The notes: a model not told the origin generated them from the sequence alone. A stretch of 64,000 bases of DNA from Candidatus Hecatella orcuttiae (GCA_002011035.2 MTLY02000001.1:224001-288000), one strand, 5' to 3'; counted from the first letter of the stretch, positions 27,683 through 37,452 are shown. Numbers and translations: made by a program.

Positions 27683-29169
27683 GCTACGTTCACCTTCGCC
27701 TCCGCCATGCCTACGGCCTTCACTAGGCTTCGCATTTTGTTCTCCGTTTCAATCCACTCCAGCCTCGGCTGGGAGTCGGCTACCACCCCGGCTCCAGCTT
27801 GAACGGTGGCCGTGGAGTTCAAGAGCTGGATGGTTCGGATGGTGATAGCCCAGTCCATATCCCCGTTGAAGGCCATGTAGCCGATGGCTCCCGCGTAGGG
27901 GCCTCGGGGCTCCTTCTCCAGCTCTTCGATGACCTCCATGGCTCTCAGCTTGGGGGCGCCGGTTACCGTTCCTGCGGGGAAGAGGCATTTTAACACGTCG
28001 AAGGAGTTCATTCCTCTCCGAAGTCTTCCCTCCACGGTGGTGACTAAGTGCATCACGTGTTTGAACCTCTTCACTGTCATGAAGCCTCTCACTTGGACGG
28101 AGCCCGGCTCGGAAACCTTTGAAACGTCGTTCCTGGCCAGATCCACCAGCATGACGTGTTCAGCTCTTTCTTTGCTGTCTGTCTTCAGCTCCCTGAGCAT
28201 CCGCCCCTCATCCACCTTGTTCCAGCCTCTCCGCCTTGTCCCCGCGATAGGGACGGTGGTTATCTTTTCACGGTTTAGGCTTACTAGGGCTTCAGGGCTG
28301 CTTCCCACAAACCTGAGGCTTCCGAAGTTCAGGTAGAACATGTAGGGGGAGGGATTCAGCCTCCTCAAAGCCTCGTAGATCGCCAAGTCTCCAGCCTCAG
28401 TTTTCCGACCTACCTTCCGGGAGACCACAACTTGGAAGATGTCTCCGCTCCAAATGTATTCCTTGCACTGTTCAACCATGTGAGAGAATTCCTCCTGCCC
28501 CACGTTGGACTTGAAGTCTTCGACGGAAATGTCCCCGCTGACATCATCCTTTCTCCCTCCCTCAGCCCTGTAGCTTTTCAAGGCTTTTCCCAGATCTTGG
28601 GAAACATCGCCTGCGCCTCCCACCCCGTTGTCCACCTGCAGCAAGATTTCCCGAGCGTGGTCGTAGATGAGGACCGTGGTATGCATCCCCAACATGACCT
28701 CAGGGGTTTCCGCTCGACGTTTGAAGCCCACCCACGGGGCTACCGCGTCGTAGGCCACATAGCCTAGGTAGCCGCCGAAGAAAACCTGCCTCCTGAAGAA
28801 GGGAGGCCTCCGCAGTGCGGTTTCAGGAAAATATTCTTCAACCCTGTCCAAGGCCAAGATTCTGTTCTCAACCCTATCCTCCACAGCTCGGTGGGCTGCG
28901 CTGGGCATTTTCCGTTGAGGCTGGAGCCTGCGGAGGATCTGCTCCCCTCTCTCCGTTAGAATCTCCTCAACCCTCGGCCTGTCTTTTTTGACGGTTAGAA
29001 TGTAATCGGGGTTGAAGCAGAGAAAAGAGTAGAGGGGTTTGTGTTCGCTGAGGGATTCCAGAAGGAAAGAGAAGCGAGGTTCCAGCCTCTCCGATAGGTG
29101 TTTGAAGAGGGAGAAGACGTTGCACCGTCCTCCCACCCTTGTAACCTTCGGCTGAATGCTGGTAGGCAT
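27679..29169 (-). CDS. trpE: Anthranilate synthase component I
   Basis: LLES, NPSPYM, GSSPE, EHVMLVDLARND, PAGTVTGAPK. Confidence 0.93.
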   Translation of the reverse strand: MPTSIQPKVTRVGGRCNVFSLFKHLSERLEPRFSFLLESLSEHKPLYSFLCFNPDYILTVKKDRPRVEEILTERGEQILRRLQPQRKMPSAAHRAVEDRVENRILALDRVEEYFPETALRRPPFFRRQVFFGGYLGYVAYDAVAPWVGFKRRAETPEVMLGMHTTVLIYDHAREILLQVDNGVGGAGDVSQDLGKALKSYRAEGGRKDDVSGDISVEDFKSNVGQEEFSHMVEQCKEYIWSGDIFQVVVSRKVGRKTEAGDLAIYEALRRLNPSPYMFYLNFGSLRFVGSSPEALVSLNREKITTVPIAGTRRRGWNKVDEGRMLRELKTDSKERAEHVMLVDLARNDVSKVSEPGSVQVRGFMTVKRFKHVMHLVTTVEGRLRRGMNSFDVLKCLFPAGTVTGAPKLRAMEVIEELEKEPRGPYAGAIGYMAFNGDMDWAITIRTIQLLNSTATVQAGAGVVADSQPRLEWIETENKMRSLVKAVGMAEAKVNVA

Positions 29170-29185
29170 TTCGAGCCGCCCCCTT

Positions 29186-30001
29186 TCACGCTTTTTTAGC
29201 CGTCGCTGCTTTGAGGGTGTGGACGTAGGCGGAAACCTTCTCCAAGGCTTGAGCAGGGTTTGAAGCTGAGCTGGTGTAGAGGTCGATGAGGGCGGAGCCC
29301 ACGATGGCTCCGTCTGCTCCCGCCGCTATCACTTCCCGGACGTGCGGGGGCTTGGAGATTCCGAAGCCCACGGCTACGGGAATCCTCGCCTCCACGTGTT
29401 TGGCTATTCTTGAAATCGTCTTCTTCGTCAACGCGGAGAGGCTTTCCCTCGCCCCCGTCACCCCTAAGAGGGACACTAAGTAAAGGAAGCCCTCTGCCGC
29501 CTTCACGATTTTTTCAAGCCTCCGCTCCGTAGTGGTCGGTGCCACCAAGAAGATCAGGTTGACTCCCGCGTCCTTTCCAGCCTTGGAAACCGGCTCCGCC
29601 TCCTCCACGGGAAGGTCGGGGACGACCACCCCGTCCAACCCTGCCTCGGCGAAATCCCTGAAAAATCCAGCGACCCCCCGGCGGAGGACGGGGTTGTAGT
29701 AGCTCAGAAGGACCAAAGGCGTCTTGACCTTATCCCTGAGCTTGCGGACAGCCTCTAAGGCCCTGTGGGTGTTCATTCCGGCTTTAAGGGCCCTCTGATA
29801 GCTGGCTTGGATGGTCGGCCCGTCGGCCACGGGGTCTGAGAAAGGGAGTCCCAGCTCCAAGATGTCAGCTCCGCTTTCAGCCAGCCTCCGGGCTAACTGG
29901 ACGGAGCGTCTGAGGGAGGGGTCCCCGAGGGTTGTGAAGGTGATGAGGGCGCCTTCCTTTCTCTTTTTAAGCTGGTTGAAGGTTTCCTGTATTCTGCTCA
30001 T
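29186..30001 (-). CDS. trpA: Tryptophan synthase alpha chain
   Basis: [27 protein letters not shown]. Confidence 0.96.
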   Translation of the reverse strand: MSRIQETFNQLKKRKEGALITFTTLGDPSLRRSVQLARRLAESGADILELGLPFSDPVADGPTIQASYQRALKAGMNTHRALEAVRKLRDKVKTPLVLLSYYNPVLRRGVAGFFRDFAEAGLDGVVVPDLPVEEAEPVSKAGKDAGVNLIFLVAPTTTERRLEKIVKAAEGFLYLVSLLGVTGARESLSALTKKTISRIAKHVEARIPVAVGFGISKPPHVREVIAAGADGAIVGSALIDLYTSSASNPAQALEKVSAYVHTLKAATAKKA

Positions 30002-31212
30002 TTTCTGTCCTCCATGAATTTCTGAACCACTCCTAGGTCCTTGTCCCCCCTCCCCGAAAGGTTGAGCACTACGATGCTGTCTGGGGGAAGCCGCCGGGAT
30101 ATCTTCGCCAAGTGGGCTAGGGCGTGGCAGGGTTCTAGGGCTGGGAGGATGCCCTCCAGCTTGGCGAGCATGTGGAAGGCTTCCACAGCTTCCGCGTCCG
30201 TGGCCGTGTAGACTTTCAGCCTTCCTGTTTCTTGGAGAAAAGCCAGCTCCGGGCCTACGCCGGGATAGTCCAAGCCGGCGCTGATGCTGTGGGATGTTTC
30301 AATCTGCCCGTATTCGTCTTGGAGGATGCGGGTGTAGGCTCCGTGGAGAACCCCGAGGCTTCCAGCGGCCAAGGAAGCTGAATGCCTTCCGGTCCTGAGT
30401 CCCTGGCCTCCAGCCTCCACTCCGTGCAGCTGGACGGAAGGGTCTTCCAAGAAGTCGTAGAAGGCTCCTAGGGCGTTGCTGCCGCCTCCGATGCAGGCAA
30501 CTAGGAGGCTGGGCAGTCTTCCTTCTTTTTCCAAGACTTGCTGCCTTATTTCCTTCCCTATGACCCTCTGAAACTCGCGGACGAGGAGAGGGTAGGGATG
30601 AGGCCCCACCACCGACCCCACCACGTAGTGGGTGTCACCCACGTGGGCTATCCAGTCTCGGAAAGCTTCGTTGATGGCGTCCTTCAAAGTTCGACTCCCA
30701 GACTTCACCGGGTGAACTTCCGCTCCCAGCAGTTCCATCCTGTAGACGTTATGCCTCTGCCTTTCCACGTCCTCCTCCCCCATGTACACCTCGGTTTTCA
30801 AACCCAACACCGCCCCGGCCATGGCGGTGGCTAAGCCATGCTGCCCGGCTCCTGTCTCCGCTATAAGCCGCTTTTTCCCCATGCGGAGGGCTAGGAGGGC
30901 CTGGCCTAGCGTGTTATTGAGCTTATGAGCTCCTCCGTGGGTTAGGTCTTCCCGCTTCAGGTAAACCTTGCAGCCCAGCCGCCAGCTTAAACGCTGAGCG
31001 TAGTAGAGGGGCGTAGGCCTGCCGGCGTAGTCCCTCAGATACCTCCCCAGCTCCCCTTGGAATCCGGGATCTCGGTGGTGCCGGAGGAAGGCTTCATGCA
31101 GTTCCTCCAAGGCCGGCATCAAAATCTCGGGGGCGAAGATGCCTCCGTACCTGCCGAACTTGCCCTTTTCGTCGGGATACCTCCCATAATAGGAGAGGCT
31201 GGTTTTTTTCAC
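29998..31212 (-). CDS. trpB: Tryptophan synthase beta chain (TrpB1 type)
   Basis: [40 protein letters not shown]. Confidence 0.96.
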   Translation of the reverse strand: MKKTSLSYYGRYPDEKGKFGRYGGIFAPEILMPALEELHEAFLRHHRDPGFQGELGRYLRDYAGRPTPLYYAQRLSWRLGCKVYLKREDLTHGGAHKLNNTLGQALLALRMGKKRLIAETGAGQHGLATAMAGAVLGLKTEVYMGEEDVERQRHNVYRMELLGAEVHPVKSGSRTLKDAINEAFRDWIAHVGDTHYVVGSVVGPHPYPLLVREFQRVIGKEIRQQVLEKEGRLPSLLVACIGGGSNALGAFYDFLEDPSVQLHGVEAGGQGLRTGRHSASLAAGSLGVLHGAYTRILQDEYGQIETSHSISAGLDYPGVGPELAFLQETGRLKVYTATDAEAVEAFHMLAKLEGILPALEPCHALAHLAKISRRLPPDSIVVLNLSGRGDKDLGVVQKFMEDRK

Positions 31213-31877
31213 CCTGTTTCAACTCCTGCGGTTTTGGCTTTTCTTATGAAAGCCTGAATCTGGGAGTAGTCCTTGACCCCCGGGGAGGATTCAACCCCTG
31301 AGGACACGTCCACGGCGTAGGGTTGGACGGCGGCTATGGCTTCCTGGACGTTGCCGGCGGTGAGCCCCCCGGCGAGGATGAAGGGCTTGGGGCGGACAGC
31401 CTCCCCGACCATCCGGGCTACCTTCCAGCTGACGGGGCAGCCGGTTCCTCCGTAGCCTTCGGCTGTGGTGGAGTCGAAGAGAACCGCGCTCGCCACCTCG
31501 GCCAGTTTTTTCGCCTTCTCCTTCAGCTCCTCTTCCTTTTGGGAAGGATTCCAAGCTAAAACTCCGATGACCTGAGACTTGAGGGTGGAGGCTACGTGCT
31601 TCACGGCTGAAGGCTGGGTTATTCCGTGAAGCTGAACCGCGGAAGGGTTCAGCCGTTCCGTGGCCCTCACTATGGCGTCGGGGGAGGTGGTTGCTGAAAC
31701 CAAGACTGAGGAGACAAAGGGGGGAACCGCTGAGAGGATTCTTCCCGCCTCTTCCAAAGACAGGTTTCTCGGGGATCGGGGAGAATAGACCACCACCCCT
31801 ACAGCGTCGGCTCCGCTGTCGACAGAGGCTTGAAGGTCTTCTCTGCTTTTCAAACCGCAAATTTTAACCCTGACCAC
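31209..31877 (-). CDS. trpF: Phosphoribosylanthranilate isomerase
   Basis: VKICG, VQLHG, GGTG, LAGGL, DVSSGVE. Confidence 0.94.
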   Translation of the reverse strand: MVRVKICGLKSREDLQASVDSGADAVGVVVYSPRSPRNLSLEEAGRILSAVPPFVSSVLVSATTSPDAIVRATERLNPSAVQLHGITQPSAVKHVASTLKSQVIGVLAWNPSQKEEELKEKAKKLAEVASAVLFDSTTAEGYGGTGCPVSWKVARMVGEAVRPKPFILAGGLTAGNVQEAIAAVQPYAVDVSSGVESSPGVKDYSQIQAFIRKAKTAGVETG

Positions 31878-31880
31878 GGT

Positions 31881-32651
31881 TCAGGCCTCCACCAGCTCCC
31901 TCACCTTACTGGCCACGTTTTCAGCAGCCATGATGGCTGAGCCTACCAAGACAGCATCAGCGCCCCACCTGCGAACAGCCCGGACATCCTCCGCTGTGCG
32001 GAGGCCGCTTTCACTCACCACAACCGCCCCGGGGCACGCTACTCGAACCTCCGGCAGCAGCCTCTCCGTCACCTTCAGGTCGACTTGGAAAGTGGTCAGG
32101 TTTCGGTTGTTCACCCCCACCAGCTTAGGGTGGAGGGAAGCAGTCTTCTCCAAGTCCTTCGGGTCATGGATTTCCACCAAGGGCTCCAGTCCGAGGGAGA
32201 GGACGAGGCGGTGGAACTCCTCCAGCCTGGGACATAAGGACGCCACTAGGAGGACGGAGTCAGCCCCTGCCTCGAAAGCATGGTAAATCTGCCGTTCGTC
32301 TAGGATGAAGTCCTTCATCAGAATGGGAACCTGAGGGAAGGCCGCCTTCACCCTCCTGAGGTTTTCCATGCTTCCCCCGAAGAAATCCGGCTCGGTGAGG
32401 ACGCTGAGCCCCACGGCTCCGCCCTGGAGCATTTCCCCCGCCACCTCTTCCACGGAACCTATCTTCCGCAGAGGACCCTGCATCGGGGAGGCTGGCTTGA
32501 CCTCGGCTATCACCGGCACCTTGGAGCAGCCTCGGATGGCTTCGGTCAGGCTCACCCTCGGCCGGCGGCTTCCTCCGCTCGGCTGGTAGGCTCGGTAGTC
32601 TCTGTCGACTCTTCGCCTTACGGATTCGAGGATTTCTTCCATCCTAATCAT
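31881..32651 (-). CDS. trpC: Indole-3-glycerol phosphate synthase
   Basis: IAEVKPASP, SVLTE, KDFI, GVNNRNL, SESG. Confidence 0.94.
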   Translation of the reverse strand: MIRMEEILESVRRRVDRDYRAYQPSGGSRRPRVSLTEAIRGCSKVPVIAEVKPASPMQGPLRKIGSVEEVAGEMLQGGAVGLSVLTEPDFFGGSMENLRRVKAAFPQVPILMKDFILDERQIYHAFEAGADSVLLVASLCPRLEEFHRLVLSLGLEPLVEIHDPKDLEKTASLHPKLVGVNNRNLTTFQVDLKVTERLLPEVRVACPGAVVVSESGLRTAEDVRAVRRWGADAVLVGSAIMAAENVASKVRELVEA

Positions 32652-33696
32652 GCTCCAAGGCCTCCAGCTTCCCGGGGTCTCCCCCAGACTCTTTTATGAG
32701 AAGTCTAAGTTTTTCCAAGGCCTTTCCTGAGGACAAGGCTTCCCAGGCGAGCTCGAGGCCTTCTTCCACCCTTTCCACCTTGGAGGCGGCTAGGAGGGCG
32801 TAGGCGGCGTTGAGGGCAGTCATTTCGGCTTTGGCGTTTCTCACCCCCCCGAGGACCTCCAAACTTTCCCGAAGGTTTTGCTTCAGCTCTCCTCCCCTCA
32901 GTTCCTCGACGGTTTTCCCTTCCTCCAACCCAAACTGGCGGGGGTGAACGTCGTAGCTTTTGACGGTTCCATGGTTTAACTCTGCAACGTGGGTCGGCCC
33001 TACGAGGGATACCTCGTCGACTCCTATCAGGCCGTGGACGACGAAGGCTTTCTCCAAGCCCAGCTTCTCTAGGACGGCGGCCAGTTTTTCCACTAGGTCG
33101 AGGCTGTAGACGCCTAGGACCTGAGCCTCCACCGGCGCGGGGTTAGTGAGGGGGCCGAGGATGTTGAAGACGGTTCTGATCTTTATCTCCCTCCGAGGCA
33201 AGAGAGCATGCTTCATAGCTTGGTGAAATTTGGGGGCGAACATGAAGCCCACGCCCACCCTCTCCACGCAGCGTTCCACGGTTTTAGGCTCCGCTTGGAT
33301 GTTGACCCCGAACCCCTCCAAGAGGTCGGCGCTGCCGCAGCGGCTTGAGACAGCCCGGTTGCCATGTTTGGCCACGTATCCCCCGGCTGCGGCTACCGTC
33401 AGGGCTGAGAGGGTGCTGACGTTGAAGGTCTTGACAGGGCTGCCTCCTGTGCCGCAGGTGTCGATGAGGCAACCGGGAACTTTGGGATGGATCTTCACGG
33501 AGAAGCTTCTCATCACCCCGGCGAAGGCGGCTATCTCCTCCACGGTTTCCCCCTTCATCCTCAGGGCCGTCAGGAAGGCGGCTATCTGGGGCGGGGAAGC
33601 CTCGCCGCGGAGAATGGCCCCCATGGCCTCCTCCGCCTCCCCCGGAGTCAGGCTCCTTCCCTCCACCACCTTCACTAGGGCGTCGGCTAGGCTCAC
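32644..33696 (-). CDS. trpD: Anthranilate phosphoribosyltransferase
   Basis: DTCGTGG, NVST, KHGNR, FNILGPL. Confidence 0.95.
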   Translation of the reverse strand: MSLADALVKVVEGRSLTPGEAEEAMGAILRGEASPPQIAAFLTALRMKGETVEEIAAFAGVMRSFSVKIHPKVPGCLIDTCGTGGSPVKTFNVSTLSALTVAAAGGYVAKHGNRAVSSRCGSADLLEGFGVNIQAEPKTVERCVERVGVGFMFAPKFHQAMKHALLPRREIKIRTVFNILGPLTNPAPVEAQVLGVYSLDLVEKLAAVLEKLGLEKAFVVHGLIGVDEVSLVGPTHVAELNHGTVKSYDVHPRQFGLEEGKTVEELRGGELKQNLRESLEVLGGVRNAKAEMTALNAAYALLAASKVERVEEGLELAWEALSSGKALEKLRLLIKESGGDPGKLEALEHD

Positions 33697-33814
33697 CGGC
33701 CGCAGCCTCCAACCTCTAAGGTTGTTGCGAAGAAAAATCTGGTAGGTAAGGAAAGAAAGAGCCGCAAGAGGAGGGGGGAGGGTAATCTAAAACTGCAGGA
33801 GGCTTTGGGAAGGT

Positions 33815-33838
33815 TTATCTCCAGTCCAGCTGGTGCAC
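33815..33838 (-). CDS. Putative trp leader peptide MHQLDWR (an alternative 22-aa Trp-containing uORF lies at 33787-33855)
   Basis: GTG CAC CAG CTG GAC TGG AGA TAA, preceded by GGTGGGGAG, in the leader of trpD. Confidence 0.45.
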   Translation of the reverse strand: MHQLDWR

Positions 33839-33880
33839 TCGCTCCCCACCGTCAAAACTACTGTATCAGAGAACAATTCT

Positions 33881-33888
33881 TATTTAAG
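33881..33888 (-). promoter_or_regulatory. TATA box of the trp operon
   Basis: CTTAAATA on the minus strand; implies a TSS near 33859 and a leader of about 160 nt. Confidence 0.6.
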
Positions 33889-33931
33889 GCTTATGCGTAG
33901 GCTTCTGTTTCACGCTCTCTTTTCCGCGGTT

Positions 33932-35032
33932 TTAGAGCCTTTCTGTCACCAGCCGCTCTAGAGCGTTGATGAGAGCTTGGTTTTCCTCAGGGGTTCGGAC
34001 GCAGAACCTGAGGCAGTCTCCCAGCCCCGAGGCCTCGTCGAAGCTCCGGGGGACTATTCCCTGCTGGAGCAGCCTCCTGTAGGCTTCCGGAGCTGGAGGA
34101 GTCTTAAACCGGATGAGGATGAAGTTGGCTTGGGAAGGATAGACTTGAAGGCCTGGGATGACTTGGAGGGCTTTGATGAGCCGCTCCCTCTCCTCCGTCA
34201 CCCACTGGACGTTTCTTCGGAGGAGTTCCAAGTTCTCCAACGCCAGCCCAGCGAGGGCTAGGGAGATAACACTCAGGCTGTTGGGCGGCCTTACCTTGTT
34301 GAGCAGCCGGACGGTTTTCTCGTGGGCGACCATGTAGCCCACCCGAGCTCCAGCGAGGGAGAAGGCTTTAGAAAACGTCCTGATGACTATTAGGTTCTCG
34401 TAGGCGTCCACCAAGTCCACCACCGTCCGGCCGCAGAACTCGGCGTAGGACTCGTCCACCACCAGCGGGCAGCCGGACTCCTCCAAAACCTTCATGATGT
34501 CGGAGCGGTCTGTCAGGTTTCCAGTGGGGTTGTTGGGGCTGCAGATGAAAACCAGCCTAGTCTGGCGGCTGCAGGCCTCCAGCAAGGCGTCCACGTCCTC
34601 CGAGAAGTCTTCCCTCCGAGGAGCTAGAACCAGTCTTCCTCCCATCACCTCGACAATAGTGCTGTAGAAAGAGTAGGTGGGCTTTGAAGCTAAAGCCTCG
34701 GTGCCTGGGTCGATGAAAGTTTTAGCCACGATGTCCAAGGCCTCATCCGCACCCGTGGTCACGGTTAACTGTTCCACCCTCCGCCCCAGATATTTGGCGA
34801 GGCCTTCTCGAAGCTGGGTGTAAGACGTGTCCGGGTAATCGTTCACCCCAAGCCCGGGCAGCAACTCAGCCAGCTTCGACAAAAGCTCCTTGGGGGGGCT
34901 GGGCATGGTGTTGGTGTCAAACCGGAGCACTTGCTCCTTTCTTAGGCCCAGTTTTTTTGAAAGCTCGTCGGTGGAAGGCTCCCACTGGTAGGGTCTGAGG
35001 GTCTTCACAGCTTCCCTTATCTTCATGCTCAT
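33932..35032 (-). CDS. hisC: Histidinol-phosphate aminotransferase
   Basis: CSPNNPTG, DESY, RTFSKAFSLAGARVGY, SQANF. Confidence 0.9.
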   Translation of the reverse strand: MSMKIREAVKTLRPYQWEPSTDELSKKLGLRKEQVLRFDTNTMPSPPKELLSKLAELLPGLGVNDYPDTSYTQLREGLAKYLGRRVEQLTVTTGADEALDIVAKTFIDPGTEALASKPTYSFYSTIVEVMGGRLVLAPRREDFSEDVDALLEACSRQTRLVFICSPNNPTGNLTDRSDIMKVLEESGCPLVVDESYAEFCGRTVVDLVDAYENLIVIRTFSKAFSLAGARVGYMVAHEKTVRLLNKVRPPNSLSVISLALAGLALENLELLRRNVQWVTEERERLIKALQVIPGLQVYPSQANFILIRFKTPPAPEAYRRLLQQGIVPRSFDEASGLGDCLRFCVRTPEENQALINALERLVTERL

Positions 35033-35200
35033 ACTCTAAGCCTGCCTCCAGTGTTAGATGAAAGAAAACTGGTAGAAAAACCCTTACATGACCCCCCAGT
35101 TGGCAGCCGGCTTCGGCGCTAGATTTATGTCCTTCCAAAACCTTCTCCCTCTAACCTCAGGGCTGAAGACTTCTCCCTGAAAACAAAGGACCTGAAAAAA

Positions 35201-36211
35201 TTGAGGACCCTTGTGCCTCCGAGCCATGTCTACCTCAGAGACAACATCGCGGCCAAGGGGAACCCTTTCGGAGCCCCTGCCAAGGCTAGGGCTGAGTGGG
35301 CTCAGGGGTTGAATCTGCCTTCCAATGGAGAATGCTTCTTTTTTGCAGGCTGCGGCTACCAGTTCATGGACCGCGCGGAGACATGGTTGAAAGCTGTCCG
35401 AGGCTTAGAGAAAAGAGGCCTGCCTGTCGAACGGGTCTTGGGTGTGTCCAAAACTCTCAAAAAGGTAGGTGTGGACTTGGCCGGAGTCTACGGGAAACTA
35501 GCCGGCTCGGGGAAGACTACCGCCTACATCAACGCCCTCATCAGCGCCGTCAATGTCCTGAGAAAACTGGGAGTAAACCCCGCTTACCTCTACGATAAAG
35601 AACCTTGCTGCGGCTCACCCTTGTACTCTTCAGGCTTTGAGGAGGACTTTGCTGAAAACGCCCGCCGAACCTACCGGCTGTTGAAGTCCTTGGGGGTGAG
35701 GAAGCTGATAAGCCTTGTGCCCGCCTGCACTCACACGCTGCGAAACCTCTACCCCAGATACGTGGACGGCTTCGACCTAGAGGTCAGGCACTTCTTGGAA
35801 GAGGTTGCCGGCAGGCTGAAAAATGCCGGCATCCAGCCGGCCTTGAAAGAAGAGATGGAGCTGACTTTCCACGACCCTTGCCAGCTGGCTAGGTTCCTAG
35901 GCATCACCCAAGAGCCCAGAGAAATCTTAAGCAGAGTGAGAAATCTGAGGCTCAGGGAAGTTACGTCCACAAGCAGAGAGCGAACCACCTGCTGCGGCGG
36001 CGGGGGAGGCGTGGAGTTCACCTTCCCCGAATTGAGCGGAATGCTGGCTGAGGAGAGGATGAAAGAGCTCCTCGAAACAAAGGCCTCCGTCATCGCCACC
36101 CACTGCCCCGCCTGCCTACTACAGCTCAGGGAAGCCCGGGAGAGGATGAGGGCTCAAGTCCAAGTTTTAGACATAGCCCAAGTTTTGGACAAAGCCTTGC
36201 GGGGAGGTTAA
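35201..36211 (+). CDS. CCG-domain Fe-S protein (GlpC/HdrD/LutA-like)
   Basis: FAGC, EPCCG, HDPCQL, CCGGGG, HCPAC. Confidence 0.85.
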   Translation: MRTLVPPSHVYLRDNIAAKGNPFGAPAKARAEWAQGLNLPSNGECFFFAGCGYQFMDRAETWLKAVRGLEKRGLPVERVLGVSKTLKKVGVDLAGVYGKLAGSGKTTAYINALISAVNVLRKLGVNPAYLYDKEPCCGSPLYSSGFEEDFAENARRTYRLLKSLGVRKLISLVPACTHTLRNLYPRYVDGFDLEVRHFLEEVAGRLKNAGIQPALKEEMELTFHDPCQLARFLGITQEPREILSRVRNLRLREVTSTSRERTTCCGGGGGVEFTFPELSGMLAEERMKELLETKASVIATHCPACLLQLREARERMRAQVQVLDIAQVLDKALRGG

Positions 36212-36216
36212 AAAAG

Positions 36217-37452
36217 ATGGACCCTCAGGAAACCTTCGCCAAGGAATACCGGGCTAGGCTTATGCAGGCGGCTAGGGATGAGAAAATCAAGCGCGCCCTC
36301 TCCCGAGCCATAGCCTCCTTCAGAAAAAACGTGGACACAGCCCTTTCAGCCTTCCCCCACACGGTGAAGCTGACCAGGGAGGTCCGGAGGATCAAGGAGG
36401 AATCCGTAGAGCGGATGGAGGAGCTTGTGGAAGCCGCAGCCACCTCGGTGAGGAAAGCGAAGGGAGAAGCCTACTTGGCCAAAGACGGAAGGGAGGCTGA
36501 AAAAATCATCGGGGAACTGGTGGGAAGCGGTAAGTTGGTGGTCAAGTCCAAAAGCCTGACCGGGGAGGAAATAGAGCTACGGCAGTACCTGGAAAGGCGG
36601 GGCAACCAGGTTTACGAAACAGACCTAGGAGAGTTCATCGTCCAGCAGCTCGACATCAAGCCCATGCACATCCTCAACCCTTCCATCCATGTGCCCCGGG
36701 AAGCGGTGGCTGAAATGTTGAGAAAGCTAACAGGGGAGGAGGTGCCCCCGGATATAGCTGAAGAGGTTCAGGTGGTAAGGCGGCTGCTTCGGGGCAAGTT
36801 TTTCGAAGCTCACGTGGGAATCAGCGGAGCCAACGTGGTTTCAGCCGACACGGGAAGCCTTTTCATCTTGGAAAACGAGGGAAACGCCCGGCTGGCCACG
36901 GGAGCCCCTCCGAAGCACATAGCCCTCGTGGGCATGGAGAAGGTGGTCCCCACCCTCCAAGACGCTTGGAAGGTGGCGGAGGTAACTTGGCGCTACGCCG
37001 GCTATGCTGCTCCCTCCTACCTCAACATGATCACGGGGCCCAGTAAGACGGGAGACATTGAGAAGGCGATAACCTACGGCGTCCACGGCCCCCGAGAGCT
37101 TCATGTGGTCTTCCTCGACAACGGCCGCCTGAATTTTTCAAGACACCCGGTTTTGAAGGAAGCCCTCTACTGTCTTCGGTGTGGAAACTGCCTCTACGAA
37201 TGCCCAGTTTTCTCCCTCACGGCAGGATACTTCGGGGACAGATATTTTGGAGGAATAGGCGCTGTGTGGGCGGCTATAGTTTCAGGGGACATCTACGGGG
37301 AGGAATTTTACAGGGCGATCCCCCTGAGCTACACCTGCCTAACCTGCGGCCGATGCAAGGTAAGATGCCCTGTGGAAATCGACGTGCCTGAAATGATCGT
37401 GGAACTGAGAAAGCTGGCTGTGAGAAGGTTTTTGGAGAAACCCCCAAGCTAA
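36217..37452 (+). CDS. LutB/LldF-like LUD-domain 4Fe-4S protein
   Basis: KSKS, ETDLGEFI, NEGN, ITGPSKTGDIE, GVHGP, CLRCGNC...CP, CLTCGRC...CP. Confidence 0.88.
   Translation: MDPQETFAKEYRARLMQAARDEKIKRALSRAIASFRKNVDTALSAFPHTVKLTREVRRIKEESVERMEELVEAAATSVRKAKGEAYLAKDGREAEKIIGELVGSGKLVVKSKSLTGEEIELRQYLERRGNQVYETDLGEFIVQQLDIKPMHILNPSIHVPREAVAEMLRKLTGEEVPPDIAEEVQVVRRLLRGKFFEAHVGISGANVVSADTGSLFILENEGNARLATGAPPKHIALVGMEKVVPTLQDAWKVAEVTWRYAGYAAPSYLNMITGPSKTGDIEKAITYGVHGPRELHVVFLDNGRLNFSRHPVLKEALYCLRCGNCLYECPVFSLTAGYFGDRYFGGIGAVWAAIVSGDIYGEEFYRAIPLSYTCLTCGRCKVRCPVEIDVPEMIVELRKLAVRRFLEKPPS

Noticed and set aside
26235-33860. Inverted repeat as transposon ends or an invertible segment
   Set aside because: There is no transposase, recombinase or target-site duplication, and inversion would cut both operons from their promoters. 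Kept only as an RNA or regulatory hypothesis.
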